DNA of 63,013 nt, the filler included, from Octopus bimaculoides (taxonomy: Eukaryota): NCBI RefSeq assembly GCF_001194135.2. It is 5 parts of 5 records of this genome, joined end to end, with 100 filler letters (N's around TTAATTAATTAA, not from the genome) between each part and the next. Parts side by side here need not be neighbours in the genome. Positions count along the whole stretch, not along the records: positions 17,391 to 39,923 come from NC_068981.1; positions 40,024 to 48,878 come from NC_068994.1; positions 48,979 to 60,941 come from NC_068996.1; 2 more parts are not named here. One strand, written 5' to 3'. The notes beneath the pieces are model-generated. The model was not told the DNA's origin and searched no databases. It worked only from the letters and a program-made list of their open reading frames with translations. Made by a program: the position numbers and the translations under genes. Positions 35,976-49,212 of the stretch are shown here, piece after piece (within the stretch, counting starts at the first letter, position 1; each line of letters opens with the position of its first letter).

Positions 35976-38728
35976 ACGGTAATTCTATATGAATAGAAAT
36001 CGAGTGTAAAAAAAAAAGCAATCGTTATTTAAATCGGCAAATTAAAATTGAAGGAACATAATCAGCAAAGAGGATATTACTGTCTAATTAAATACACAGA
36101 AAAAAAAATGGCTGAAGAAATAAGATGTTTCAATGAGATTGTTGCATTTTACATTGCAGATCATCAATCATATAACAATATAGAAGAGAAGGTTATAGTT
36201 ATGAGAAAAAAACCTCAACAAAACTAACCTCCGTTATAGCATATATTTAATTAAATAAGGAACAGTGATTACTTAAATTTATTGACGTCTAAATCCCTCT
36301 GGTATTTTATTTTCTCTATCAACTAACAGTCAGGTTATAAAAGATAAACTATAAATCATATAAACGTGTATTTAAAATCTTTATTCTGTCTATAATATTA
36401 ATATGTATATATATATANNNNNNNNNNNNNNNNNNNNNNNNNNNNNNNNNNNNNNNNNNNNNNNNNNNNNNNNNNNNNNNNNNNNNNNNNNNNNNNNNNN
36501 NNNNNNNNNNNNNNNNNNNNNNNNNNNNNNNNNNNNNNNNNNNNNNNNNNNNNNNNNNNNNNNNNNNNNNNNNNNNNNNNNNNNNNNNNNNNNNNNNNNN
36601 NNNNNNNNNNNNNNNNNNNNNNNNNNNNNNNNNNNNNNNNNNNNNNNNNNNNNNNNNNNNNNNNNNNNNNNNNNNNNNNNNNNNNNNNNNNNNNNNNNNN
36701 NNNNNNNNNNNNNNNNNNNNNNNNNNNNNNNNNNNNNNNNNNNNNNNNNNNNNNNNNNNNNNNNNNNNNNNNNNNNNNNNNNNNNNNNNNNNNNNNNNNN
36801 NNNNNNNNNNNNNNNNNNNNNNNNNNNNNNNNNNNNNNNNNNNNNNNNNNNNNNNNNNNNNNNNNNNNNNNNNNNNNNNNNNNNNNNNNNNNNNNNNNNN
36901 NNNNNNNNNNNNNNNNNNNNNNNNNNNNNNNNNNNNNNNNNNNNNNNNNNNNNNNNNNNNNNNNNNNNNNNNNNNNNNNNNNNNNNNNNNNNNNNNNNNN
37001 NNNNNNNNNNNNNNNNNNNNNNNNNNNNNNNNNNNNNNNNNNNNNNNNNNNNNNNNNNNNNNNNNNNNNNNNNNNNNNNNNNNNNNNNNNNNNNNNNNNN
37101 NNNNNNNNNNNNNNNNNNNNNNNNNNNNNNNNNNNNNNNNNNNNNNNNNNNNNNNNNNNNNNNNNNNNNNNNNNNNNNNNNNNNNNNNNNNNNNNNNNNN
37201 NNNNNNNNNNNNNNNNNNNNNNNNNNNNNNNNNNNNNNNNNNNNNNNNNNNNNNNNNNNNNNNNNNNNNNNNNNNNNNNNNNNNNNNNNNNNNNNNNNNN
37301 NNNNNNNNNNNNNNNNNNNNNNNNNNNNNNNNNNNNNNNNNNNNNNNNNNGTGTGTGTGTGCGTATTGAGATATAAAAAATATACATGTATATATAGAGA
37401 GATATAACATGCATATCTAAATTATATATCCATGTTTGGTATATATTTAACTACTTAAAAAATAGGAAATAGTAGGTTCATCGAATTGGAAAACCCGGTA
37501 TATATATTAACCATTAAAGATGAAGATGTGATAAATAACATGGAAGATACTGGTTTCAAATTTTTGCACAAGGCCAGCAATTTCGGGGGAGTGCGTAAGT
37601 CGATTATATTGATTTCAATAATCAACTGGTACCTACTTTATCGACCCCGAAAGGACGAAAGGCTAAGTTGAATTTTAACTCAGAACGTAAAAACGGACGA
37701 AATGCCGCAAAGCATTTTTCACCGGCGTGCAAACGATTCTACGAGCACACTGCCCTTGTAACTTGGACTACATTAAAATTAAAAAACAGGTTACTTAGAG
37801 GGGATTGAACTAAGATATACAAAGAACAAAATTGATGTGTGCTTTCAGTGCTACACATCCATATTCTATGGAAGTAATCTAATGAGTTACAATAACACTA
37901 ATGTCCTTAACACCATCGTTTTTAAGTCATGAATAGATATGGGTTAAGTATCAAATTATATAAAATATCTTCAGATTCAGGTAGTGTCAGAAATAACTGC
38001 AAAAATACACTGTAGAGACTAGCTGTTGGAGAAATAACTGGTCAGGTTAATTGATGCAATTATAAATAGAGGACAGCTGAAGAAACGTATATTTGCTTCT
38101 AATTTTGTTCTAACAGACCCAGACAGTCTTTCAATTAGATATAAACTATGGTCTCTATGTTTTTCGTCTAGCTAGCAAAATAACAACGCTTGCAGTATTT
38201 TTTCTGCATTAACCACATCCATAGATAAAAACAGCATCAAAATTAAATTTATCATTTATAAATCTTTCAACTGATTCCAATTTTCTTGAATTCTTCCCTT
38301 CCAACCTGTCAAACATTCGTTGCAACTGTTGTTTTCTTCTCGTAAGATTCGACCGTTAACATCTTTAAAATACAGATAATGAATTTCATAGTAATTTAGA
38401 TAGTCTTTGGAATTATTGATTTTATTCTAGCCTTCTAGAATTATATTTTAAGCGTATTTTCTTTTATTATTATTTTTTGGCGATATTGATCTGTTGTTGT
38501 TTTTTAACTTTCGACTTATTATCAAATATGCCGGTTATTTTGCCTATTTACTTCTTTCCAATATTATTAACTGTCAATTATTTAACTGTGATATCATTAA
38601 TTTCTTCACTCAGAAATACACGGAATATTACGCCCCTAGAAAATCGAGCTCTTTTCACTGAGTATGCATAAATAAAAATTTAGGAATACCTACAAAAATA
38701 TTGCTGTCTGGTATAGAAGTACATATTT

Positions 38729-39205
38729 TCAGACCTCAATGTAGAAATCTGATTTATGAATTAAGTATATGAGATGGTGAACATACTGTTTTGATAGACA
38801 TGAGTTGAATCTAATCACCATAATTATAACAAGAACTTTGACTTCAGAACTAATAGAAAGATCAGTGCAATAATTCTCGCAGAAGATTGGTTTGGACCCA
38901 AACATCTGAAGAAAGTTACTAATCATGGCAGCTGAGATCAAATCAAGGCAGCTGTGTTTGGCATGAGCAGATGAAAGAATCCTTCTTATGACGAAGGCTA
39001 ATTCAGCCCTCATTGCCTTACTCAGGAGACCAAGTACAGGATGAAGGACGAAATGCTTGTAACCCTGAGAAACCTGTAGAAGATACAGAAGGGTTTTCAA
39101 CATTGCGATAACTTTAGTTACAATCAGAACAGCTTGCAGCATCGTTGAGTAGCCTTGCTGATTCTGTGTGTAGCAAATAATGGACAGTGTTAAGGCACCA
39201 ATCAT
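38729..39205 (-). CDS. Candidate coding exon/ORF, 158 aa, hydrophobic, unidentified
   Basis: Non-repetitive open frame in AT-rich surroundings, while the plus-strand frames checked are interrupted by stops. Several hydrophobic stretches; no motif recognised. Confidence 0.35.
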   Translation of the reverse strand: MIGALTLSIICYTQNQQGYSTMLQAVLIVTKVIAMLKTLLYLLQVSQGYKHFVLHPVLGLLSKAMRAELAFVIRRILSSAHAKHSCLDLISAAMISNFLQMFGSKPIFCENYCTDLSISSEVKVLVIIMVIRFNSCLSKQYVHHLIYLIHKSDFYIEV

Positions 39206-39871
39206 CTTTTAATAGAATTAGTTGTCAAGAATACATTATACTATACAAACCTGTCTATCCGATATACTTAAGCCCTAAGTTATTATAGACTTATAATAAG
39301 TGTTGCTGCAGTCAGTTAAAAAGTGTATTCAGTCGCAGACGAGATCCCAACATAAGATTGAATACAGTTCAGCCGATCCCTCTTTTTCTATGCAACGAGG
39401 TATTACATGACAAAATATTTACATCTGTCGAAGATGTTATCTAAACCCTGTGCGCATATACAGATATGTGGAAAAGATACAAATTCACATGATTCTTATT
39501 TTCATCTAATATATCAAATTATCTGTGGCTGTTACTTCATACAATAATAGAATTATAAACTGACTTTGACAGTTATGCAATCAGCCTGCCTGCAGACTGT
39601 ATACTCTATAATTTGCATATGGTTTCTTTGTTTTTCGCCATACTTTCTTATATTGTATCTTTTATCGTATACTTGTTTCAGCCATTGAACTGCGGCCATG
39701 CTGGGTTTTCACCTTCAAGAGTTTAGTCGAATAATTGACCCCAGTACTTATATTTAAGCTTGGTACTTATTCTAATCTATCGGTCTCTTTTACCGAACTG
39801 TTAAGCTACAGGGACGTAAACAAATAAACACTGGTTGTCAAGTAGTATTGGTGGGCAAACACACACGTGCA

Positions 39872-39923
<52 letters not shown>

Positions 39924-41401
39924 NNNNNNNNNNNNNNNNNNNNNNNNNNNNNNNNNNNNNNNNNNNNTTAATTAATTAANNNNNNNNNNNNNNNNNNNNN
40001 NNNNNNNNNNNNNNNNNNNNNNNAAATTTCCGGAAAATATTTTAAAATGAGGAAATCGGGGGAGGGAATCGAAATTTTGAATTTGAGATTTTTGAAAAAA
40101 AATTTTCAGAATCGGAATCTCCATAGCCTAAAACGTGGGATTCCGAAAAAAATAAAATAAAATAAGGGGGGAAAGGTTCAGATTACATATAGTCCATCTG
40201 GACCAAATGAAAAATTCAAATAAAACATATGTGAAAATATGTTCAAACCATTTATTAAAACATACAAGCTAATATAAAAATTTTCAAATGTTCTTTCGTG
40301 TTACGTCGTTTTTCGTGTGAAATCACTTGGCTTGGAACCAATTACCGTCGTAAGTTGAAGTATGCCTGTATAGTCACGTCATTTAATGTAAGAGTTGCGT
40401 CCCTTTACCTGTTCATTTCTGAAAATGATTTTTTTTCAAATTTGAGTTTGTTAATAATAAAAATATTTCTTTCAAATTTCGATATAAGGCCAGCAGTTTT
40501 AGTGTGAAAGAGAAGTTGATTTTATCAGTCTCTGTTCTTGAGTGGAACTTTATTGTTGACCTCGAAGGGCTGAAAGGTAAAACTGACATCAGCAGAATTT
40601 TAGCTCAAAACGTAAATAGCCGGAAAATATGCTATGAAGCATTTTTTCCAATGCACTAACGATTCTGCCAGCTTACCGCCTTAAAGGTTTTAAAATTTTC
40701 GAACAATATCAACAATTTTAGGGAATGGGGCATAGTCGATTACACTTTTTCGTTGTGCTCAACTGGTACTTACTTTATTGACTATGAAAGGATATAAGGC
40801 AAAACTTCGGCTGTAGCGGAATTCGAACTCAAAATGTATAGAGACTAAGAAATGCCACTAAGCATTTTTTTTGTTCAATTGTAATAATAATGGTGATGGT
40901 GACGATGAAGAGAAATTTATTACATGCAGTACCGTAGTGTACTATTATTCACTGAAAAAATAAAGGTTAAAAAAAGGGTACAGAAAGCAACAATAAGTCA
41001 AGTAAAGAAAGGCTAACAAAAGCCAAAAATGCTTGCACAGCACACAGGACAAACCGGAAGTCAGTAAAGTAAACAGTATAAGAGCCCGAAAGAGGAAAGA
41101 GTGCATAGGCACATCGGGAGTTAGTTTGTTTTGTTTTTTTGTTTTTTTATTTTGTACAATTGTTATATGTCCCCAATGTAGTGTATGTCCCTCTTTGTAG
41201 ACCCCTAGTGGTTAATAAAAAAAAGCACATCAGGAGTTAGAGATATGCACACAGCCACACCTACACAAAGATACATACACACACACACACATATAGGGCT
41301 TTCCTATAAGTAGGTTATCTCCCTTGGCTAGGCGGCGCTCCATGTAGACAATTAAACTTCCGCAGACTATCCACGCTATTGTTATTGTTTTACGTCTTAT
41401 C

Positions 41402-41563
41402 ATGGTACTTATCGAAGTACTTACTGTGCCTGAGTTAAAGAAATATTTAAGATTATATGGACAGTATGTTACTGGAAGAAAGGCGGACTTGACTGAAAGG
41501 TTGAAAGGTATAAAAATTCGGCATCTATTTCTAGCATATAGGAGTCCACTTCTGCTGGTCATT
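41402..41563 (+). CDS. SAP-domain ORF start (runs into gap)
   Basis: LTVPELKKYLRLYGQYVTGRKADLTERL fits the SAP consensus (LxVxELKxxLxxxGLxxxGxKxxLxxRL). Confidence 0.7.
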
Positions 41564-42295
41564 NNNNNNNNNNNNNNNNNNNNNNNNNNNNNNNNNNNNN
41601 NNNNNNNNNNNNNNNNNNNNNNNNNNNNNNNNNNNNNNNNNNNNNNNNNNNNNNNNNNNNNNNNNNNNNNNNNNNNNNNNNNNNNNNNNNNNNNNNNNNN
41701 NNNNNNNNNNNNNNNNNNNNNNNNNNNNNNNNNNNNNNNNNNNNNNNNNNNNNNNNNNNNNNNNNNNNNNNNNNNNNNNNNNNNNNNNNNNNNNNNNNNN
41801 NNNNNNNNNNNNNNNNNNNNNNNNNNNNNNNNNNNNNNNNNNNNNNNNNNNNNNNNNNNNNNNNNNNNNNNNNNNNNNNNNNNNNNNNNNNNNNNNNNNN
41901 NNNNNNNNNNNNNNNNNNNNNNNNNNNNNNNNNNNNNNNNNNNNNNNNNNNNNNNNNNNNNNNNNNNNNNNNNNNNNNNNNNNNNNNNNNNNNNNNNNNN
42001 NNNNNNNNNNNNNNNNNNNNNNNNNNNNNNNNNNNNNNNNNNNNNNNNNNNNNNNNNNNNNNNNNNNNNNNNNNNNNNNNNNNNNNNNNNNNNNNNNNNN
42101 NNNNNNNNNNNNNNNNNNNNNNNNNNNNNNNNNNNNNNNNNNNNNNNNNNNNNNNNNNNNNNNNNNNNNNNNNNNNNNNNNNNNNNNNNNNNNNNNNNNN
42201 NNNNNNNNNNNNNNNNNNNNNNNNNNNNNNNNNNNNNNNNNNNNNNNNNNNNNNNNNNNNNNNNNNNNNNNNNNNNNNNNNNNNNNNNNNNNNNC

Positions 42296-42483
42296 TGGGA
42301 ACACATTTGGCTATTTGCAGTGTAAACAAAGTCTTTCCTCACAAGTCTCGATCTCTGAAGCCAAATACGACAAATAGCTACGTTTGCAGGATATCTATGT
42401 AGTGAAATAACTTTGCCGTCTACATTCTTCCCTCTATAGTGGCTGCATATACAGCAGTATTCGCGTGATTTCTTCGGGGACAT
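42296..42483 (-). CDS. THAP zinc-finger ORF start, probable transposase N-terminus (runs into gap)
   Basis: YCCICSHYRG...ISLHRYPANVAICRIWL...F......MCSQ: C2CH THAP pattern with the conserved P and W. Confidence 0.8.
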
Positions 42484-43009
42484 ATTAACCGGTCAGTACA
42501 GTATGTGAGTCGTCTGCGGAAGTTAAAGCAAGTCACTGAGCATGCGTACATGTCATACGGGAGAGTTCCAATCAGGGGTGGATAACAACCTTATAGGAAC
42601 CCCCTATACGTATAGGACAGGCTTCTTTCAGTTTCACTCTATCAAATCCACTCACAAAGCTATCCTACTTCAGCCTCTCACCTAGCATAAAGCCACCTTT
42701 CCTTCTACTACAACTCCACTGAGCTGAGTGGGAGAATCATTCTTCCTCCTTTTCATTGTCTTGCAATGCACCTGGTGACCACACTGCTATCAGGGTCATG
42801 GAAAAGAAAAAAGCACCAAGTAGACTCTGTAAAGTGTACTTGGTGCTTTGGAAGGGCATCCAGCCATAGAAACCAGGGCAAAAGAAACACAAGAGCTCAA
42901 TGAAGTCTTCTTGTTCCTTGGATCCTTTCAAAATGTCCAAACCATGCCAGCATGAAAGATAGACATTAAATGACATTCATAACAATGATCATGGTGCAAT
43001 GGTGGTGGT

Positions 43010-43310
43010 GGAAGCAAAGGAAATCTACTGCAAGCAACTTGAGCAGCTTAAGTCAGCACTAGAAGTAAAACGACCATCTTTGGCTTCAAGGTGTTCTTCC
43101 ATCAGGATAATGCTCAGCCACATTCAGCAAGGAAGCTGGAGCAGTTTGAATGGGAAACTATGGCCCATCCACCATATTCGCCAGACATTGCCCCCATCTG
43201 ATTATCATTTAGTCTGCAATCTTTAAAATTATTTGGATGGAAAATATATGAATTTTGTAGATGAGGTGAGAAAAGTACCAGAGGAGTATTTTTCATCAGG
43301 GAACTAATAC
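43010..43310 (+). mobile_element. mariner (DD34D) transposase relic
   Basis: YCKQLEQLKSALEVKRP...FHQDNAQPH...WETMAHPPYSPDIAPSDYHL. Confidence 0.85.
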
Positions 43311-45224
43311 TCTTTCTTGCAACAAAGGTTTTCCTTTTCAGAGTGAAGAGCAGTCTGACACTCATGTACAAAATACAACATAGCAAGATGGTGAGGTATG
43401 GGCCTTGAATGTCGAAGTCTCAATAGTTTGAAATGACTAGAAGCATCTTCAGTGGATGTCTAATTTTAGTGTGCATGAATAACTGAATAGAACTGAAATG
43501 ATAGAAAGGTGTCTAAGAGAGAAAACTGCATTGGTATAGATGTGCAATGCATATGGATGGTAACAGAGGACCAGACAAATATAATGCTAGAGGGAAGACA
43601 CTCCCCTCACATCCATGTTTGCTTGGACGTGGTGGGGTATATGTTAAAATGGTGGTAGTGATGGAAGCTGAGACATTTAAAACATCTACATTTCAGCCTC
43701 CCACCCAGTAAGTTCCTGTCCTGTCTCCAATGCTTCTCCCCTTTCTTCAATACCCTCCTCTCTTCTCTGTTTTACCCATCTTCTTCCCTGTTCATTCTAC
43801 CATGCTACCTTTGCAGTGAAGAATAGCACTGGACCTGACCATATTCAGTTCCACCCCTAACACCATCCATATAATTGTTCCTCACCCTCTCTTATCAAGA
43901 TGCCTGTGTAATGATTGATTACATCAGATTTATCGATATCTGATACACCGCACCATCAATTTTTTTGTAATTCTAGCAATCACTCCTCCCTCACCCAGAT
44001 CACTTGTTATTGACAGTCATCACTTCCTCTCCCCATATCCTATTTCCATGATTATCCATCATTCACCCTCTTTCATATCAGTAAACATCACCCCCTGTAC
44101 TCTGAGCTATCATTCTTTCCCACCCACCCCAGAGGTCATCCATTATAGACATGTATCATTTTCTCTTACCAACAGCCATCTCAACAACAATCCATCACTC
44201 TCTTCTTTTCTCTTTCTACCCCTTTCTCTCTCTTTCTTCCTCTCTCTCTCTCTCTCTCTTTCTTAACATAATTAATGTAGTTGCTATGACTACCTCTCTC
44301 CTGTTACCCCCTGCCATCATTGTCTGTTGTTCATTATACTGTCCAGCACTGTTCTCTTCTATTAGGCCTTCCTTTACCAACTTGTCACGCTAATCACACT
44401 GCTTTCCTTCACCTCTCATTCTGGTTCATCTGCTGTCTTCACTCTTGGCCACATTGCCATGAACAGAGACTTTGTAATAGAGTGAGTAGTTTTCCATTTT
44501 GCTAGTAAAAGGCAACTTCACTAGTGCTGGTGCCACAATGCAATCCACTCAGAACAATCTGTAAAGAAGTCTGGGACATTTACCCCCCATGGACCATAAC
44601 ACTCCCATTGACAATTACCCCTAAAGACAACAGATGATAATTCAAAATTTCTTAATATATTGGAGAGGGGGTAATTAACCAAGGGGTGTAATTGTCCTAG
44701 GGGATAGTTGTCGTCGAGGGGAATTGTCCTATGAAGGGTTATTGTCCTGATACACTGTAAAGTGCTTGACAAATGAATGGAGACAGCATTTGCTGTGAAT
44801 CCCACTTTTGTCTTGTTGAAAACATAGCAACCTCTCTAGTGTTGGTGCCATGATAAAATGCACCCATTTTATTCTGTATGTTGTGTGGCCTAATGATTAG
44901 GGTATTGCTCTCATGATTGATAGGTCGTGGTTTCAACTCCCAGACCAGATGGTGCATTGTGCTTCCGAGCTAAAACACTTCATTTCCTATCACACCAGTC
45001 CTCTCAGGTATAAATGAGTAGCCCAACCAACGACAGACTAGCATCCCATTCAGAAGTTATACACTTTGGAAACTGAGCAACTGGCCTTATGAATCCTTAG
45101 GCTCGCAATGTAAACAAAAGAATATTCTGAAAAGGGGTTGATAATAGAAAGAGCATCCAGCTACAGAAACCAAGCCAAAATGGAAGATATAAGCAAGATG
45201 TGTTTCTTCAACCTTTCTATCAGG

Positions 45225-45505
45225 TTAGTTAGTTAGTCCACATTATTCTATAAGGAGAATAAGGCTGCAACCATTTCATGCCAGTGGACACAATCTTGGG
45301 TTGCCTCCTTGATTTCAAACCAAGAGAGAGATTGTTTACTTTCACTTCATCCTCCGTGCACCCATTCCAGGTCTTCTTAGGTCATTCAACTTTCTTCTTT
45401 CCTTCAGGTCGCCAGTCTAACACTTGTCTTCTTGGCAGTCTACTTAGAGTGTGACCAATCCAGTGCCATTTCCTTTTCAGAATTTCTTGATTGATGGGAG
45501 TTTAG
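45225..45505 (-). mobile_element. RTE-clade LINE 3' end
   Basis: Minus: [13 protein letters not shown]...[13 protein letters not shown]...PKKTW...WFEIKEATQD...W..MVAAL, then a (CTAA)n tail. Confidence 0.8.
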
Positions 45506-45703
45506 TTTGTTCTATCTCACAGATTTCTGTTTGAAATTTTGGCCAGCCAGCTGATCTTGGGAATGTAGCACAGACATTTTATTATTCCAGGAACTTAGTG
45601 AATATGAATTTGAACTGAAATGGACAGTAGTGACGTGTCCAACCAATGCCAGCATGAGAAGTGGACATAGATACAATGATGATGATACAGGTACAGAGAC
45701 ACA

Positions 45704-45740
<37 letters not shown>

Positions 45741-48070
45741 GGAGAAAAAGAGAGGGAAAGAGAATGTTCATGTTTGTATGCCTGTGTGTGAGTGAGTGTG
45801 TGTATGAGCATATTTGTAAGAGTATGTGAGCACATGTATGAGTGCAAATATTTGTGTGTTTTATTGCATTTGAGAATGTGTGTTTGTGTGTGTGTGTGTA
45901 TGTGCGTGCATGTGTGTATACATAAATATGTGTCTGAGTGCACGTGCATGCGTGTCTGTACATGTGTGTGTGTCCATGCATGCAGGCATATCTCTATATA
46001 TGTATCAATCTGTATACACCTAAGGTAGCAAGCTGGCATAAATGTTAGCATGCCAGGCAAAATGCTTAGCGGTATTTTGTCTGTCTTTATGCTCTGAGTT
46101 CAAATTCCGCCAAGGTCGACTTTGCCTTTCATTCTTTCGGAGTCGGTAAATTAAGTACCCAGTTGTGTACTGGGGTTGATCTAATTGACTGGCACCCTTC
46201 CCAGAAATTTCAGGCCTTGTGCCTAGAGTAGAAAAGTATATGTATACACCTAATTGCAATCATATAATATAGATATGTATATATACAATCAAACATTCAC
46301 AAGCATACATACACATCTATTAGACACAACAAAATATATCATCAGATCCAAAAAAATTTTATATTCACTAAACACACACACACACACACACAAACACATG
46401 CATACACACACATGTACACAGATACACACACACATACTCACAAACATACTAACAGAGACTTTATTTGTATAGATAATCAGTAAACCTAAAATACATAATG
46501 ATTTCAGATTTACCTTCATTAAACACAAAATTTTTTTTTTGTACCAGCCAGGGAGCGCCTTCATGGTTACATGACCCACAAGAACTAGCAGCCGAATTTC
46601 CCTCAAATCACACCTCATGATCTTAAAGAATGACATATTTTAAAATGATACAGATCTTGATGCATTGTTGTAAATAAGATTGGATGGTCATGGCTGGAAT
46701 TACTTCTGATTATACTTCCTGATCAATCATGGTTGACCTAGAGCTAAACTTCAACAACAATTACAAGAAGAATAACAGCATGATTTCTATCTAAGTTGGT
46801 TTTTCCAAAAATATGTATTAAAATCTTTAATTTAATTCTGATTAAATAAGTGAGCTAATGAGATAGAACATAGCCACACATACATATACACACACACACA
46901 TAGGCATATACCCACATACACACACATGCACAAATACACACACATGCACACATAAACACACACATTCATACCATACACACATGCTACACATAAATACAGC
47001 CATACACACATATACAATATACACATGTACATACACACACACTCCTACACACAGACACATAATCAAAAGCACACCACATGTATACATACACACACACATA
47101 CATACATACTCACACACAGACATGCACACATACACACANNNNNNNNNNNNNNNNNNNNNNNNNNNNNNNNNNNNNNNNNNNNNNNNNNNNNNNNNNNNNN
47201 NNNNNNNNNNNNNNNNNNNNNNNNNNNNNNNNNNNNNNNNNNNNNNNNNNNNNNNNNNNNNNNNNNNNNNNNNNNNNNNNNNNNNNNNNNNNNNNNNNNN
47301 NNNNNNNNNNNNNNNNNNNNNNNNNNNNNNNNNNNNNNNNNNNNNNNNNNNNNNNNNNNNNNNNNNNNNNNNNNNNNNNNNNNNNNNNNNNNNNNNNNNN
47401 NNNNNNNNNNNNNNNNNNNNNNNNNNNNNNNNNNNNNNNNCAAATGCATACACACTAATTTCACTGAAGAAAAAGAGATACTTTTTTTAGATTATTTTCA
47501 TTATTTTCTTAATTCATTTATTTTCTATTTAAATAAATGTCATTCAAAATAAACCCCTAAAAGTTCACAAACTGACTTCACCATTTATTTATGTTATATA
47601 TTTCTTTGTAAGGTTAAAAAAATATTAATAACATTATTATGGTAATTTCTCAGAAATGACGATGCTGGCTTCAATACGGATTATTAAACAGTCATAATCT
47701 ATATTTAGAAATCATATAGGAGTGAGAATTTGGTAATGACCTCTACACAGTGACCGGCATGTCTCCGATACCTGTATGTCTCCATGCAACCATGCAACCA
47801 TGAATTCCTTATGAGCTGACAGCAGATTTTCCCAAGACTTGACAATAATAGTGTGATTCTATACTCCAAAGCTATCTATCTATCTACCTATCTATCTATC
47901 TATCTATCTGTCTGTCTGTCTGTCTATCTATCTATTTATCGATATATCCGTTTATCAACCCATATTTGTGTGTGTGTGTGTGCGTGTGTGTTTATGTATA
48001 CATATATATATTTATCTGTTTGTCTGTCTGTGTCTATCTATCTATCTATCTATCTATCTGTCTATCTATC

Positions 48071-48115
<45 letters not shown>

Positions 48116-48439
48116 ATATATATATATATAAATATATGTCAGTGTGTGTATATGTATATGTGTGTATATAGATAGATAGATAGATAAGTAGATAGGTAGG
48201 TAGGTAGATATATGATGTTATACTATATACATATGTACATGTTATACACAACTGCATGCAAACACACACACAGACATATATGCTTGTATATACACACACA
48301 TTAAATACACCTATACATTCATTCGTACTTATAGGTATCTATTTATAGACTTTTATATACTTTTATAGTAATTTCAAATGGATGTTTTTCATATAAATAT
48401 CACCTTCAAAGTATTTTGATTTATTAGTAATAAAATATG

Positions 48440-48840
48440 AATCGCAGAGAGAGAAAGAGAAAGTTATATGTGGGAAGAGAGTGAGAGGAAGAGAGAGACA
48501 GAGACAGTGACAGAGAGAGAGAGAGTGAGAGACTGAGACAGAGACAGAGAAAGTGAGAGAGGAAGAGAGAGAATCCTACACAACTAGAAAGGGAGACAGT
48601 GAAAGAGAGTGAGAGAGATAGAGAAGTAGATGATGACGACGATGATGATGATGATGATGACAACGACGACAAGAATAACGACAATGATGATGATGACAAC
48701 GACGACAAGAATAACAACAATGATGATGACAATGATGACGACGATGATAAAGATGATGATGATGATACCAACAACGATGATGATGATGATACCAACAACG
48801 ATGATGATGGCGATGACAATGATGATGATGATGATGTAAA
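48440..48840. repeat. (GA)n/(GAGACA)n plus (GAT/GAC/AAC)n compound array
   Basis: Low complexity; the source of the poly-D/S ORFs. Confidence 0.95.
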
Positions 48841-48978
48841 GGAGGGAGTGGATGAGGGAGAGAAAAGGTAATGAGAAGNNNNNNNNNNNNNNNNNNNNNN
48901 NNNNNNNNNNNNNNNNNNNNNNTTAATTAATTAANNNNNNNNNNNNNNNNNNNNNNNNNNNNNNNNNNNNNNNNNNNN

Positions 48979-49165
48979 CTGTCCAACCAGGTCATGAAGA
49001 GGCCGGCCACATCTCCAGCTACACCAATGCCGATGGCTGCACCTTGAACCTGCATGTATATATTTTTTTTGTTGAACTTTACTATGTGGTTCTTCAAGGT
49101 GGTTTTTATACTGGCCCCTATTGCGTGAGCAATCATTTCCTTCACCTGATTGTTGTTCTCAGGGT
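48979..49165 (-). mobile_element. PLE reverse-transcriptase fragment (same family as 55660-58460)
   Basis: MIAHAIGASIKTTLKNHIVKF...MQVQGAAIGIGVAGDVAGLFMTWLD closely parallels 56760-56910. Confidence 0.85.
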
Positions 49166-49169
49166 TTTG

Positions 49170-49210
<41 letters not shown>

Positions 49211-49212
<2 letters not shown>

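Larger units (their letters stand above)
41295..42605. mobile_element. TIR DNA transposon with convergent THAP and SAP ORFs (ISL2EU/KolobokE-like), centre in N-gap
   Basis: About 30-bp TIRs AGGGCTTTCCTATAAGTAGGTTATC / reverse-complemented AGGGGGTTCCTATAAGGTTGTTATC; flanking AT (TATA); subterminal inverted AACTTCCGCAGAC. Confidence 0.75.
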
